A stretch of DNA of 63,769 nucleotides, the filler included, from an uncultured bacterium (GTDB lineage: Bacteria; DYJV01): NCBI GenBank assembly GCA_964543655.1. It is 4 parts of 4 records of this genome, joined end to end, with 100 filler letters (N's around TTAATTAATTAA, not from the genome) between each part and the next. Parts side by side here need not be neighbours in the genome. Positions count along the whole stretch, not along the records: positions 36,291 to 54,152 come from CAZIZE010000057.1; positions 54,253 to 63,769 come from CAZIZE010000063.1; 2 more parts are not named here. One strand, written 5' to 3'. The notes beneath the pieces were generated by a model. It was not told the origin of the DNA. It was given only the letters and a program-made list of their open reading frames with translations, and did no database searches. How positions within the stretch are numbered: position 1 is the first letter of the stretch; each line of letters begins with the position of its first letter. Below, one piece after another: positions 51,747 through 61,914 of the stretch. The position numbers and the translations under genes are program-made.

Positions 51747-52880
51747 ATGGCAGGCAAAGATTATTATGAAATTTTAGGTGTTCATAGAAATGCAAGTGAA
51801 GTTGAAATAAAAAAGGCTTATAGAAAGTTAGCAATTAAATATCATCCTGATAGAAATCCAGGTGACTCAGTTGCAGAAGAAAAATTCAAAGAGATTAATG
51901 AAGCTTATGAAGTATTGAGTAACCCTGAGAAAAGGGCAATGTATGACCGGTATGGCACAACTGATTTTGGCAATGGTGGAGGATTTTCTGATACAGGTTT
52001 TGACTTTAATGCTTCTACAATTTTTGAAGACCTTTTTGGCTCAGCTTTTGAAGACCTTTTTGGTGGAGGCGCTAATAGAACAAAAAAGCAAGCAGCTTTT
52101 ACTGGTGAAGATTTAAAATATACACTTGAAATAGAGTTTGAAGAAGCTGCGTTTGGCACAGAAAAGGTTATAAAAATTCCAAGGCTTGAAACCTGCCATT
52201 ATTGTGGTGGCACAGGTGCTAAAGATACCTCTTCCATTGTTACCTGTCCTGATTGCCATGGTACAGGTACTCAGAGGATAAAACAGGGATTCTTTAACAT
52301 TGCAAGGACATGTCCAAGATGTGGTGGTGAAGGGAAAATTATTAAAGAATTTTGTAATAGGTGCCATGGTAGAAAGAGAATACAGAAAGAAGCTAAAATA
52401 AAGGTTAAAATTCCTGCTGGTGTAGAATCTGGTAATAGATTACGATTAAGGTATGAAGGGAATCATGGTATCAATGGTGGTAGGAATGGTGACCTATACA
52501 TTGAGTTGGAAGTTAAGCCACATCCTATTTTTAAAAGAGAAAACTCAGATTTGATCTGTGAAGTGCCTGTTAGTTTTACCAAATTAGCTCTTGGCACAGA
52601 AATAGAAATTCCAACATTAAAAGATAAAATTAAATTAAAAATACCAGCGGGGACTCAATCAGGAAAAGTTTTTACGTTTAAAGGTAAAGGTATTAAACGA
52701 ATAAATAGCAATAGTTATGGTGATTTACATGTTATTGTTAAAGTTGTTATTCCAAAAAAATTAACAAAAAAACAGAGAGAATTATTGCTTGAGCTTGAAA
52801 GTGAATTTGAAAATACTCCAATTAAACATCATGAAGAGAAAAGTTTTTTTGATAAAGTAAAAGAAATTTTTGGAGCATAA
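51747..52880 (+). CDS. dnaJ: Chaperone DnaJ
   Basis: J-domain HPD, G/F region, four CxxCxG zinc-finger repeats. Confidence 0.98.
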   Translation: MAGKDYYEILGVHRNASEVEIKKAYRKLAIKYHPDRNPGDSVAEEKFKEINEAYEVLSNPEKRAMYDRYGTTDFGNGGGFSDTGFDFNASTIFEDLFGSAFEDLFGGGANRTKKQAAFTGEDLKYTLEIEFEEAAFGTEKVIKIPRLETCHYCGGTGAKDTSSIVTCPDCHGTGTQRIKQGFFNIARTCPRCGGEGKIIKEFCNRCHGRKRIQKEAKIKVKIPAGVESGNRLRLRYEGNHGINGGRNGDLYIELEVKPHPIFKRENSDLICEVPVSFTKLALGTEIEIPTLKDKIKLKIPAGTQSGKVFTFKGKGIKRINSNSYGDLHVIVKVVIPKKLTKKQRELLLELESEFENTPIKHHEEKSFFDKVKEIFGA

Positions 52881-52951
52881 AAAAAATAGTTGCATTTTTA
52901 TTTTTTTTGTTATATTAAAGAATTATAAATTAAGCTCATTGATTTATTATT

Positions 52952-53117
52952 AATTTTCTGGGTCTGCTTATGCAGATAATAGGGAATGCCGTGAGAATCG
53001 GCAGCGGGCCCGCCACTGTAAGTAGCGTTAACTTCATTTCATTATGCCACTGCTAATGAATATTAGTGGGAAGGCGAAATGAAGTTGCTACAAGCCAGGA
53101 GACCTGCCCAGAAAATT
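52952..53117 (+). ncRNA. Cobalamin riboswitch
   Basis: AATAGGGAA..CCGTGAGAATCGG, CCCGCCACTGTA, GCCACTG...GGGAAGG, AAGCCAGGAGACCTGCC; closing stem AATTTTCTGGG/CCCAGAAAATT. Confidence 0.95.
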
Positions 53118-53185
53118 TATTACCATGGCTTCGAGGCTAAAGGCCAGGGTAAGGAGGGATTCGAAAATAATCTTCTTCTTATCAT

Positions 53186-53212
53186 ACCCGGCTTAAAGCC
53201 GGGTTTTTTTTT
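53186..53212 (+). terminator. Riboswitch expression-platform terminator
   Basis: ACCCGGCT-TAA-AGCCGGGT followed by a long T-run. Confidence 0.85.
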
Positions 53213-53250
53213 GCCCGCCTTTATGCCTCCCAAAAAAAAGGAGGTGATAG

Positions 53251-53502
53251 ATGAAACAGGGAAAAATTATTTTTATTGAAGACAATTCAGTAGGTACAGA
53301 GAACCTGATTGAAAAAATCGAGAGCAATTATAGGTCAAGAGGAATCTTAGTAGAGTTTGCAACAGAGAAAGGTAGTTCAGGTTTTTATTCAATTTCTGAA
53401 GCACTACTAAGACTATTGCAAAGAGGTGTTAAGAAAGTTACTGCTATCCCTTTAAAATTGGGAGAGCAGTATGAGGTTCCAATTTATTGGAGCACATTTT
53501 AA
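53251..53502 (+). CDS. Small B12-regulated protein, degenerate CbiX-like domain
   Basis: AAGGAGGTG RBS; SISEALLRLLQRGVKKVTAIPL resembles the CbiX helix-strand motif; no His residue. Confidence 0.55.
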   Translation: MKQGKIIFIEDNSVGTENLIEKIESNYRSRGILVEFATEKGSSGFYSISEALLRLLQRGVKKVTAIPLKLGEQYEVPIYWSTF

Positions 53503-53552
53503 AAAAGTTTTGCCATTTACACTCTAAAATTATGTATCACCTGTTAAGCCTT

Positions 53553-53636
53553 TGGGATAGCTGCCCACTATCCCATAAGAAAGAAAGCCCATTTTGCCCC
53601 ATGGAGGAGATGCTGCCCACATCTCCTCTTTTCTTT
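53553..53636 (+). ncRNA. Candidate structured RNA: two hairpins with identical CTGCCCA loops; the second is terminator-like
   Basis: TGGGATAG-CTGCCCA-CTATCCCA and GAGGAGATG-CTGCCCA-CATCTCCTC-TTTTCTTT. Confidence 0.5.
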
Positions 53637-53929
53637 ACAATATTTTCTATAATAAATCAATATGCATATATATATTTATCTCGTAGAGCGAAATAGATAT
53701 TAACCGGTTTTACAGATTTTTCAAGTGAAAAGTTGTATTAGGAGTTTAAAAACAATGATACACAATAGTATTGCAGCTGCTTTTACAGTTATATTTATGG
53801 AAGATTTGACTAAATTATCAGGAACTATTATGCAGAGATTTAATTATTTCATTTTTAAAATTTTTATGTTTCTATAATCTGATTTTACTATTTTTTCTCT
53901 ATTTTTTATTTCTATTAATAAAATTTTAC

Positions 53930-54152
53930 TGTCAATTATCATGAAAATTGACCCGTTTTTTTCATGAATTTTGACCCACCTTTTAATTTGATAAAAAAAA
54001 TTATTTTTCTAAATTTTTTCTTTTTTCAAAAAGCTCTTTCATCCTGTAACTTTTACCTGTTATAAAAAAAGGATAACTATGATGTAGTAATCTATCCAAT
54101 ATTGCTGTGGCTACTATTTCATCTCCAAATATCTCGCCCCATTCTTCAAACG
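53930..54152 (-). mobile_element. IS21-family insertion sequence, istB-proximal end
   Basis: Terminal TGTCAA with tandem TCATGAA(A/T)(A/T)TTGACCC transposase-binding repeats (53939-53977), next to the IstB C-terminus. Confidence 0.9.
54001..54152 (-). CDS. istB: IS21 helper ATPase IstB, C-terminal fragment
   Basis: Manual translation FEEWGEIFGDEIVATAILDRLLHHSYPFFITGKSYRMKELFEKRKNLEK*. Confidence 0.92.
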
Positions 54153-54252
54153 NNNNNNNNNNNNNNNNNNNNNNNNNNNNNNNNNNNNNNNNNNNNTTAA
54201 TTAATTAANNNNNNNNNNNNNNNNNNNNNNNNNNNNNNNNNNNNNNNNNNNN
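54153..54252. other. Artificial contig linker
   Basis: N-TTAATTAATTAA-N. Confidence 0.98.
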
Positions 54253-54253
54253 T

Positions 54254-55363
54254 GAAAATGAAAGCAGATTAATGCAGGTTATTAAAGAAGAGTTAATTGA
54301 TATAAAAGAGAGATATGGAGATAATAGAAGGACAATTATTGAAAATGATTTTGAAGAGATTAGTGAAGAGGATATGATACCTGATGAAGATGTTGTTGTT
54401 ACAATAACAAAAGATGGTTATATGAAGAGAAATTCTCTTAAACTATTCAAAAGCCAGCGTAGAGGTGGCAAAGGTAAAACTGGTATGGCTACAAAAGACA
54501 CAGATGTTGTAAAAGATATTTTTGTTGCTTCAACAAAAGATTATCTTTTGATTTTTACCAATAGAGGAAAATGTTACTGGTTAAAAGTTTTTGAAGTGCC
54601 TCAGACAACCAGTTTAAATGCAAGGGGCAGGGCAATAGTAAATCTAATTAACCTATCTTATGGGGAGCGAGTTTTATCAATTTTGCCAGTTAAAGATTTT
54701 TCGGATAAAAAATTTGTAACAATGGCTACACAGAATGGTCTTGTTAAGAAAACAGCTCTTAAAGCATATTCTTATCCAAGATCATCAGGTATAATTGCTA
54801 TTAAATTAGAAGAAGATGATCAACTTGTAACCGCTCATCTTACAAATGGTAACAATGATATTTTGCTCGCCACAAAGCTTGGTAAAGCAATTAGATTCCC
54901 TGAAGAGCAGATAAGGGTTACTGGTAGAAATTCAATTGGAGTTATAGGAATTAAATTGTCAGGAGATGATGCTGTTGTATCAATGGAGGTAATAAAAACA
55001 GATGATCCTGTTTTGACTATTACAGAAAATGGTTTTGGTAAACGTTCAAAACTTGAAGAATATGCAATTCAGAGAAGAGGAGGAAAAGGCAGGCTTATAT
55101 CAAAAGTTACAGAGAAAACTGGCCATATTATAGATGCCTTGCAGGTAGCTGATAATTCAGATATAATTTTAAGTACAGATAGTGGAAAGGTTATCAGAAT
55201 TTCAGTTTCAGAGATAGGACTCTATAGTAGAGTTACACAAGGGGTAAAATTAGTTAATATAAATATTGGTAAAGAAAAAGTTGTTTCAGTTACAATTATT
55301 AAAGAGCCTGAGATAGAAGATGAGCAGGAAGCTGAGCAAGGAACAATTTTTAACAGGACTTAA
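54254..55363 (+). CDS. gyrA: DNA gyrase subunit A, C-terminal part
   Basis: YGDNRRT, GyrA-box QRRGGKG, beta-pinwheel repeats. Confidence 0.95.
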   Translation, partial: ENESRLMQVIKEELIDIKERYGDNRRTIIENDFEEISEEDMIPDEDVVVTITKDGYMKRNSLKLFKSQRRGGKGKTGMATKDTDVVKDIFVASTKDYLLIFTNRGKCYWLKVFEVPQTTSLNARGRAIVNLINLSYGERVLSILPVKDFSDKKFVTMATQNGLVKKTALKAYSYPRSSGIIAIKLEEDDQLVTAHLTNGNNDILLATKLGKAIRFPEEQIRVTGRNSIGVIGIKLSGDDAVVSMEVIKTDDPVLTITENGFGKRSKLEEYAIQRRGGKGRLISKVTEKTGHIIDALQVADNSDIILSTDSGKVIRISVSEIGLYSRVTQGVKLVNINIGKEKVVSVTIIKEPEIEDEQEAEQGTIFNRT

Positions 55364-55365
55364 CC

Positions 55366-56361
55366 ATGAATGTTTTGGTAATAGGTGCAGGTAGCTGGGG
55401 TACAGCTATTGCAAATATTTTAGCTGACAACAATATTAATGTTAAAATATGGGGTAGAGATAGTAGAGTTATAGACTCAATTAATAATATACATGAAAAT
55501 GTTAAATATCTTGAAGGACTTATTTTAAATTCTAATATAAAAGCAACTTTAGAGCTTAAAAAAAATATTTTAAATTCTGATATAATTGTTAATGCTATAC
55601 CAACTCAGAAAATTAGAGAAGTTTTTGAACCTATTGCTGGTCTATTTCATAAAAAGATAGTAATTAATACTTCAAAAGGAATAGAGAAAACTTCTCTTAT
55701 GTTAATTGACGATATTTTTAAAGAGATTTTTAAAAAAGTGCAGGTGAAAATAGCTTATCTTTCAGGACCAACATTTGCAGCTGAGGTTATTAGAAGACTT
55801 CCTACAGCTACTACAATTGCTTCAGAAGATGCTAATTTAGCAAAGAGGTGTCAGAAAATATTTAATAATGGTTATTTTAGAGTATATACCCAGACAGATA
55901 TTAAAGGAGTGTTACTTGGTGGTGCTTTGAAAAATGTTATTGCTATTGGCGTGGGAATAACTGATTCTATGAAATTAGGTCACAATGCAAGGGCATCTCT
56001 AATTACAAGAGGACTTGCAGAAATTGTTAGATTAGGTGTGAAAATAGGTGCTAAACCTCAGACATTTTCAGGTCTTGCAGGATTAGGCGACCTTGTGCTG
56101 ACATGCACAGGTGATTTAAGCAGAAATAGAAAAGTTGGAATGGAGCTTGGAAAAGGAAAAGTTTTAGATGATATATTAAAAGAGCTTGGAATGGCTGCTG
56201 AAGGTGTTGATACAAGCTATTGTGCTTATCAACTTTCAGAAAAATATAATGTTGATATGCCAATTACAAGAGAGATTTACAATATTATTTACACAGGTAA
56301 ATCTGTTTCAAAAGCAGTAAAAGATTTAATGAGCAGAAAATTAAAGGAGGAATTATGCTAA
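55366..56361 (+). CDS. gpsA: NAD(P)H-dependent glycerol-3-phosphate dehydrogenase
   Basis: [34 protein letters not shown]. Confidence 0.96.
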   Translation: MNVLVIGAGSWGTAIANILADNNINVKIWGRDSRVIDSINNIHENVKYLEGLILNSNIKATLELKKNILNSDIIVNAIPTQKIREVFEPIAGLFHKKIVINTSKGIEKTSLMLIDDIFKEIFKKVQVKIAYLSGPTFAAEVIRRLPTATTIASEDANLAKRCQKIFNNGYFRVYTQTDIKGVLLGGALKNVIAIGVGITDSMKLGHNARASLITRGLAEIVRLGVKIGAKPQTFSGLAGLGDLVLTCTGDLSRNRKVGMELGKGKVLDDILKELGMAAEGVDTSYCAYQLSEKYNVDMPITREIYNIIYTGKSVSKAVKDLMSRKLKEELC

Positions 56362-56744
56362 AACCAGATTTTGATAAAGGTGGTGGATTAATTACAGCAA
56401 TAGCCCAGGATTATCAAACAGGTGAAGTTTTAATGATAGCTTATATGAATGAAGAAGCATATTTAGAAACTTTGAAAACCAAAAAGGCATGTTACTATAG
56501 CAGAAGCAGGAAAAAGTTGTGGAGAAAGGGTGAAGAATCAGGAAATGTTCAAGAAGTGAAAGAGATTCTTATTGATTGTGATAGAGATGCAGTGCTTTTA
56601 AAGGTTAATCAGATTGGTGGTGCTGCATGTCATACAGGTTATAATTCATGTTTTTATACAAAAATTGATGAAAATGGCAATGGTGTTATTATAAAAAAAG
56701 AGAAGGTTTTTGATCCTGAAAAAGTTTATGGGAAAGGAGAATAA
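56355..56744 (+). CDS. hisI: Phosphoribosyl-AMP cyclohydrolase
   Basis: [28 protein letters not shown]. Confidence 0.95.
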   Translation: MLKPDFDKGGGLITAIAQDYQTGEVLMIAYMNEEAYLETLKTKKACYYSRSRKKLWRKGEESGNVQEVKEILIDCDRDAVLLKVNQIGGAACHTGYNSCFYTKIDENGNGVIIKKEKVFDPEKVYGKGE

Positions 56745-56745
56745 C

Positions 56746-57612
56746 ATGAAATTGAAATTGGGGATACCAAAAGGTTCTTTACAAGAGTCAACAATTAATC
56801 TTTTTGCAAAAGCCGGGTATAAAATATCTGTAAGCTCAAGATCATATTTTCCAAATATTAATGATGAGGAAATAGAGTGCATGCTAATAAGAGCTCAAGA
56901 GATGGCAAGGTATGTAGAATCAGGAGTTCTTGATGCTGGTATTACAGGACATGACTGGGTTCTTGAAAATGATGCTGATGTTATTGAATATAAAGAATTA
57001 CAATATGCAAAAGCAACTTTGAATGTTGTAAGATGGGTTTTAGCTGTACCAGAGTCATCTCCTATTAGTTCAGTAAAGGATCTTGAGGGTAAAACAATTT
57101 CAACAGAAGTTGTTAATATTACAAAAAAGTACCTTGAAAAAAATGGTGTAAATGCTAAGGTGGAGTTTTCTTATGGAGCTACTGAAGTAAAAGTGCCACA
57201 TCTTGCAGATGCAATTGTTGAAATTACAGAAACAGGCTCATCTTTACGAGCAAATAAACTTAGAATTGTTGATACAGTTTTGGAAACCAATACAATGTTT
57301 ATTGTAAATAAAAATTCATTTAAAGATGAGTGGAAAAAACAGAAAATTGATAGAATAATAATGTTACTTGAAGCAGCATTAAATGCACAAACAAGAGTGG
57401 GACTTATGATGAATGTTCCTAAAGCCAACCTTGATAAAATTTTGAAAATTATTCCTGATAAAATGCCTACAATTTCAACTCTTTCAGATGAAAACTGGGT
57501 GGATCTTATTGTGATTTTGAAACAGTCAAGAGTAAGGGAATTACTGCCAAAGTTTAAAGAATTTGGTGCTGCTGGAATAGTTGAATTTCCTTTGAATAAA
57601 TTTCTTGAATAA
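56746..57612 (+). CDS. hisG: ATP phosphoribosyltransferase (long form)
   Basis: [32 protein letters not shown] 56746 after AAGGAG. Confidence 0.95.
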   Translation: MKLKLGIPKGSLQESTINLFAKAGYKISVSSRSYFPNINDEEIECMLIRAQEMARYVESGVLDAGITGHDWVLENDADVIEYKELQYAKATLNVVRWVLAVPESSPISSVKDLEGKTISTEVVNITKKYLEKNGVNAKVEFSYGATEVKVPHLADAIVEITETGSSLRANKLRIVDTVLETNTMFIVNKNSFKDEWKKQKIDRIIMLLEAALNAQTRVGLMMNVPKANLDKILKIIPDKMPTISTLSDENWVDLIVILKQSRVRELLPKFKEFGAAGIVEFPLNKFLE

Positions 57613-57684
57613 TTTTTACTGTAAATATTAGTTATGTGAAAAGAGTCACTTGATTTTTGAATAATATTCAGTTATATTTGTTAT

Positions 57685-58425
57685 ATGAAGAAGTTTTTTA
57701 TTAACTTATCTATTTTTTTCTCAATATTTTACAGCAATATTTTTTTTGCAGCAACTGTAAAAATTTATTATTTTGAGAGGCCACCTTACTATTTTACTGA
57801 AAATGGGATTGCAAAAGGTATTCTTATTGAAAAAACAGAAAAGATATTTAACCTTGCAAAAATTAAATATAAATTTTACAGTTTACCTGTTAAAAGAATA
57901 TTTGCATATTTAGAAAAAGATATTCCTGCATGCTCTCCTGGGTGGTATTACACGGAAAAGAGAAGTAAAATTTTTAAATACACCTCACCAATCTATGAAA
58001 GTAAACCAATAGTAGCTGTTGTTAATTCTGACAAATGGAACTATAAAAATAGATTTTGCTCCTTGAAAAAGCTACTAATGTCTAATTTAAAATTAGGATT
58101 AATTTCTGGTTTTAATTATGGAAAAGTTCTTGAAAATAGTTTTTATTCTATGAAAAAGAGTTTAAAATTAAAAAGATTCACTACTTCTGTTGATAATATT
58201 ATAAAATTGGTAGCATTGGGTAGAATTGATTATACTTTTGTATCAGAAGAAAATATTTATACATTTTTAAATAAAAATAGGAGATTTAAAAAGTTTTTAA
58301 CTATTGTTAGAATAAATGAAATAGGTAAAGGGGAAAAAAGATATATTATCTGCTCAAAAAAGGTTTCTGACAAAATTATAATAAAATTAAATAATGCTAT
58401 AAAAAGATTAAATTATGAAAAATAA
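57685..58425 (+). CDS. Family 3-like periplasmic solute-binding protein (orphan)
   Basis: Signal peptide, RPPYY...G...G, P.KR, GRIDY; overlaps the start of the downstream kinase. Confidence 0.8.
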   Translation: MKKFFINLSIFFSIFYSNIFFAATVKIYYFERPPYYFTENGIAKGILIEKTEKIFNLAKIKYKFYSLPVKRIFAYLEKDIPACSPGWYYTEKRSKIFKYTSPIYESKPIVAVVNSDKWNYKNRFCSLKKLLMSNLKLGLISGFNYGKVLENSFYSMKKSLKLKRFTTSVDNIIKLVALGRIDYTFVSEENIYTFLNKNRRFKKFLTIVRINEIGKGEKRYIICSKKVSDKIIIKLNNAIKRLNYEK

Positions 58426-60535
58426 AAGTTTAAAGCATACCTTTATTGTTTTAATTTCTCTAACAATTATAATTATTCTTGGTGCAGGGACATTTATTTA
58501 CTACTATTTTGATTATAAAAAAAATATAAAAATTTTTGAATCAAATATTCATAAAATGGTTGAGAATACATACCCTGTTTATCAAAACTACCTATGGGTG
58601 CTTGATTATGATAACCTTAAAAGGCTTTCCAACTCTATTTTAATCACAAATCCTTTCTTGTGTGAGCTGATAATTAGAGATGAATTTAATACTGTTATAT
58701 TTAAAAAATCAAAGAAAAATATTTTCTGCAATAATGAAAATTTAATAGAGCTTAATAAAAAAATTTTCTATGAGAAAAAATATATTGGAGAAGTAAGATT
58801 CCTTTTATCAAAAAGTTATTTAAAAAAGAATTTTGAAAAATTATTTATAGTAAATTTTCTCTTTTCATTACTGCTTTCATTGATGGTTTTATTGATAATC
58901 ATTTTTATTTTTAATAGGTTTCTCAATAAACCTCTTTCTGAGATAATCAATAATTTGAGAAAAGTGACCAAAGGTGAATACAATATTAAATTTAATAAAA
59001 TAGGATTTAAAGAATTTGATGAAATTATTGCTAATCTTAATCTTATGCTCAATGAAATTAAAACAAGGGAGAAAAAAAATTTAGAGTTAACAGAAAGGCT
59101 GAATGCTCTTATTAATAATATTCCTGAAGGTTTTCTTATTTTTGATAAAGATGGGCATTTTATTGATATAAATGATAGTTTTGCAAAAATGCTGAAAATG
59201 GATAAAAAGGAAGTATTATCCAAAAATGTTAATGAATTTAGCAGTAAAAAATTTACTCTTGAACAGGGATTTGAAAAATTAAACAATATAAAAAATTATG
59301 GTTATGATGAGTTTGAATGGGAGATTGTAACAAGTGAAGCTGAAATTATCCCAGTATTTGTTAAAGGGAAAAATATAAAATTGGGTAATGATAATTTAAT
59401 AATTTTTAGTGTTACTGATATTAGCTATATAAAAGAACTTGAAAAGGAATTGGTTACAAAAGAAAAATTGGAATCATTAGGATTACTTGCAGGTGGTATT
59501 GCTCACGATTTTAATAATATTCTTACTTCAATTAGTGGTGGAATAGAAATAAGCCAGTTATTAATGAAAAATGGTAAGTATGATAAAGTAAAACAGAATT
59601 TAACAAGAGTATTAAAATCAATAGAAAGGGCAAAATTTTTAACACACCAGTTATTAACCTTTTCAAAAGGTGGTGCTCCTGTAAAAAAAGCCTTTTTTGA
59701 TCTTAAAGATTTAATTAGAGATACAGTATCTTTTATTCTTTCAGGTAGTAGCATTACTGTGGAATATGATTTTGATGAGGAGTTGCAACCTGTTAAAATT
59801 GATCCTGACCAGATTAGCCTTGTTATTCAAAATATTGTGTTAAATGCCAAGCAAGCCCTTGAAGGTAAAGGAAGCATTGAAGTCAAAGCTGTAAATGATC
59901 TTGATTATGTAAAAATTTCAATTAAAGATTATGGCAAAGGCATTCCTCAAGAGATTATAGATAAAATTTGGCAACCATACTTTACAACAAAAGAATCTGG
60001 TAATGGTTTAGGTTTGTCAATAGTTTATTCTATAATTAAAAACCATAATGGAAAAGTTAAAGTTTTTTCTGAAATAGGAAAGTTTACAGAATTTCAAATT
60101 TTTATTCCCACCCTTACAAATACAGAAAGAGAAAGTGTTGAAAGCCAAAATAGCATAGAAATTTTAGACATGAACAGGTTAAATGTTTTAGTTATGGATG
60201 ATGATAAAGATTTACAAGAAATTTTAAAGGAATTAATAGAATTGTTAGGCCACAAGGTTGATATAGCAGAAAATGGTGAACAAGCAATAGAAATGTTTAA
60301 AAATAAGAAGTATGATTTGATTTTTCTTGATCTTACTGTTGTTGGTGGTATGGGTGGCAAAGAGTGCATAGTTAAATTAAGAGAGATTGATGAAAATGTG
60401 AGAGCTGTGGTTTACAGTGGTTATTCTAATGATCCTGTTATGACAAATTACAGGAAGTATGGTTTCATCAATGTTTTAAAGAAGCCTTTTACTGTTGATT
60501 CATTGAAAAAGGTTATTGCAGATTCTTTAAAATAA
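58415..60535 (+). CDS. Hybrid sensor histidine kinase, paralog of 2047-4185
   Basis: Same architecture; shares LAGGIAHDFNNILTSISG, LTHQLLTFSKGGAP, GLGLSIVYSIIK. Confidence 0.93.
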   Translation: MKNKSLKHTFIVLISLTIIIILGAGTFIYYYFDYKKNIKIFESNIHKMVENTYPVYQNYLWVLDYDNLKRLSNSILITNPFLCELIIRDEFNTVIFKKSKKNIFCNNENLIELNKKIFYEKKYIGEVRFLLSKSYLKKNFEKLFIVNFLFSLLLSLMVLLIIIFIFNRFLNKPLSEIINNLRKVTKGEYNIKFNKIGFKEFDEIIANLNLMLNEIKTREKKNLELTERLNALINNIPEGFLIFDKDGHFIDINDSFAKMLKMDKKEVLSKNVNEFSSKKFTLEQGFEKLNNIKNYGYDEFEWEIVTSEAEIIPVFVKGKNIKLGNDNLIIFSVTDISYIKELEKELVTKEKLESLGLLAGGIAHDFNNILTSISGGIEISQLLMKNGKYDKVKQNLTRVLKSIERAKFLTHQLLTFSKGGAPVKKAFFDLKDLIRDTVSFILSGSSITVEYDFDEELQPVKIDPDQISLVIQNIVLNAKQALEGKGSIEVKAVNDLDYVKISIKDYGKGIPQEIIDKIWQPYFTTKESGNGLGLSIVYSIIKNHNGKVKVFSEIGKFTEFQIFIPTLTNTERESVESQNSIEILDMNRLNVLVMDDDKDLQEILKELIELLGHKVDIAENGEQAIEMFKNKKYDLIFLDLTVVGGMGGKECIVKLREIDENVRAVVYSGYSNDPVMTNYRKYGFINVLKKPFTVDSLKKVIADSLK

Positions 60536-60551
60536 TAGAAACCTAACATAT

Positions 60552-60946
60552 AATCGAAGATTTTTCAGGATAGAGCCCAGATGATAGTTAACAGTTATCA
60601 GTTCAAAGTTTAAAGTTTAAATAGGATTTGGGATTTAGGGATTAGGATTTAGTAATACAAATTCACGGTTCAACGTTGAAAGATACTTTAATAACAACAA
60701 TTTAAGAATATTGCATATGTGATTTTAAGTAGAAAATTGAAAAATACAAAACCAAAATTAAAGGGCTTAAGTATAATGCTTTTATAAAAGATTTAATACA
60801 GTTAAGCAAGAGATTTTTCGGGCTAACGCCCTTAAATAGTTAACAGTTATCAGTTATCAGTTCAAAGTTTTTAAAATTATAGATGTTATTTTAAATTAAA
60901 AAGCTTATAAGAACACTTGTAAAAAAAATTACTGTTGGATTTTGCA
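60552..60946. repeat. Composite intergenic repeat cluster (REP-like hairpins, heptamer runs, module B 60653-60740, module A fragments)
   Basis: CAAGAGATTTTTCGGGCTAACGCCCT at 60807; direct repeat ATAGTTAACAGTTATCAGTT at 60584 and 60836; TTCAACGTTGAA at 60669. Confidence 0.75.
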
Positions 60947-60995
60947 AATTCCAAAAACTTAAAAATTAGTTAGAGGTACAAAGGTTTTAAAATAG

Positions 60996-61898
60996 TTAAT
61001 TTCTAACTATTTGTTCCATTATTGCTTTTTGAACGTGCAATCTATTTTCAGCTTGTGTAAATATATAGTCAGCATTTTTTTCAAATAATTCTTCTGTTAT
61101 TTCCTCTCCTTTATGAGCAGGTAAGCAGTGAAGTATAAATGGATTTTTATTGCTTTTTTTTAATAATCTGGAATTAATCTGGTATTTGTTAAATATTTTA
61201 ATCCGTTTTGCATGCTCTTCTTCCTGGCCCATACTTGCCCATACATCTGTATTAATCACATCAGCATCTTTAACTGCTTCTTCTGGATTATTTGTTAATA
61301 TTAATTCTCCAACTCCATATTTTTTTACTTTTTCCACAATTTCTTTATCTGGTTCAAAATTTTCAGGAAAAGCGCAGATAAGACAAAAGTTTAATTTTAA
61401 AAGAGCTGTTATCCATGAGTTCATCATATTATTGCCATCACCAATAAATGCAATGGTTTTGCCATAAATATCACCAGTAAATTCAATTATAGTAAAAATA
61501 TCAGTGAGAATCTGGCATGGATGCCTGAGGTCAGTTAATGCATTAATAACTGGAATATTAGAAAAATTTGCAAATTCTTCTAACTTTTTCTGCTCAAATG
61601 TTCTTATAGCAACAAGGTCAACATATCTTGAAAGTACTCTTGCTGTATCTTTAATCTCTTCACCTCTACCTATTTGACTATCTTTTGGAGAAATAAAAAT
61701 AGAGTTTCCTCCAAGCTGACTTATGCCTACTTCAAAAGAAACTCTTGTTCTTGTAGATGCTTTTTCAAAAATTAGTGCCAAAGTTTTATTTTCCAGGGAT
61801 TTTTGAAACTTATTTTTTTTCAAAAATTGAGCTCTTTTAAAAATATGAGTTATCTCTTCAGTTGAAAAATCTTCTATTGATAAAAAATGTTTAACCAT
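60996..61898 (-). CDS. argF: Ornithine carbamoyltransferase
   Basis: FEKASTRTR, HPCQ, DVWASMG, HCLP. Confidence 0.96.
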   Translation of the reverse strand: MVKHFLSIEDFSTEEITHIFKRAQFLKKNKFQKSLENKTLALIFEKASTRTRVSFEVGISQLGGNSIFISPKDSQIGRGEEIKDTARVLSRYVDLVAIRTFEQKKLEEFANFSNIPVINALTDLRHPCQILTDIFTIIEFTGDIYGKTIAFIGDGNNMMNSWITALLKLNFCLICAFPENFEPDKEIVEKVKKYGVGELILTNNPEEAVKDADVINTDVWASMGQEEEHAKRIKIFNKYQINSRLLKKSNKNPFILHCLPAHKGEEITEELFEKNADYIFTQAENRLHVQKAIMEQIVRN

Positions 61899-61914
61899 CT
61901 AATCCTCCAGAAAG

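Noticed and set aside
52022-52063. Direct repeat TTTTGAAGACCTTTTTGG in dnaJ
   Set aside because: Encodes the normal FEDLFG repeats of the G/F region
53079-53279. 66-aa ORF on the + strand
   Set aside because: Lies over the riboswitch 3' end and terminator; no RBS or recognisable protein features
53487-53696. 69-aa ORF as a possible frameshifted continuation of the CbiX-like gene
   Set aside because: No chelatase-like sequence or RBS; the region is better explained by the RNA hairpins
53755-53877. 40-codon ORF with an AGGAG upstream
   Set aside because: No recognisable similarity; such short ORFs arise by chance
18275-54252. Three identical TTAATTAATTAA palindromes in N-runs, and ORFs running into them (17951-18322, 35713-36246, 36235-38556 ends)
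   Set aside because: Assembly linkers; the X..LIN tails and any cross-linker synteny are artefacts
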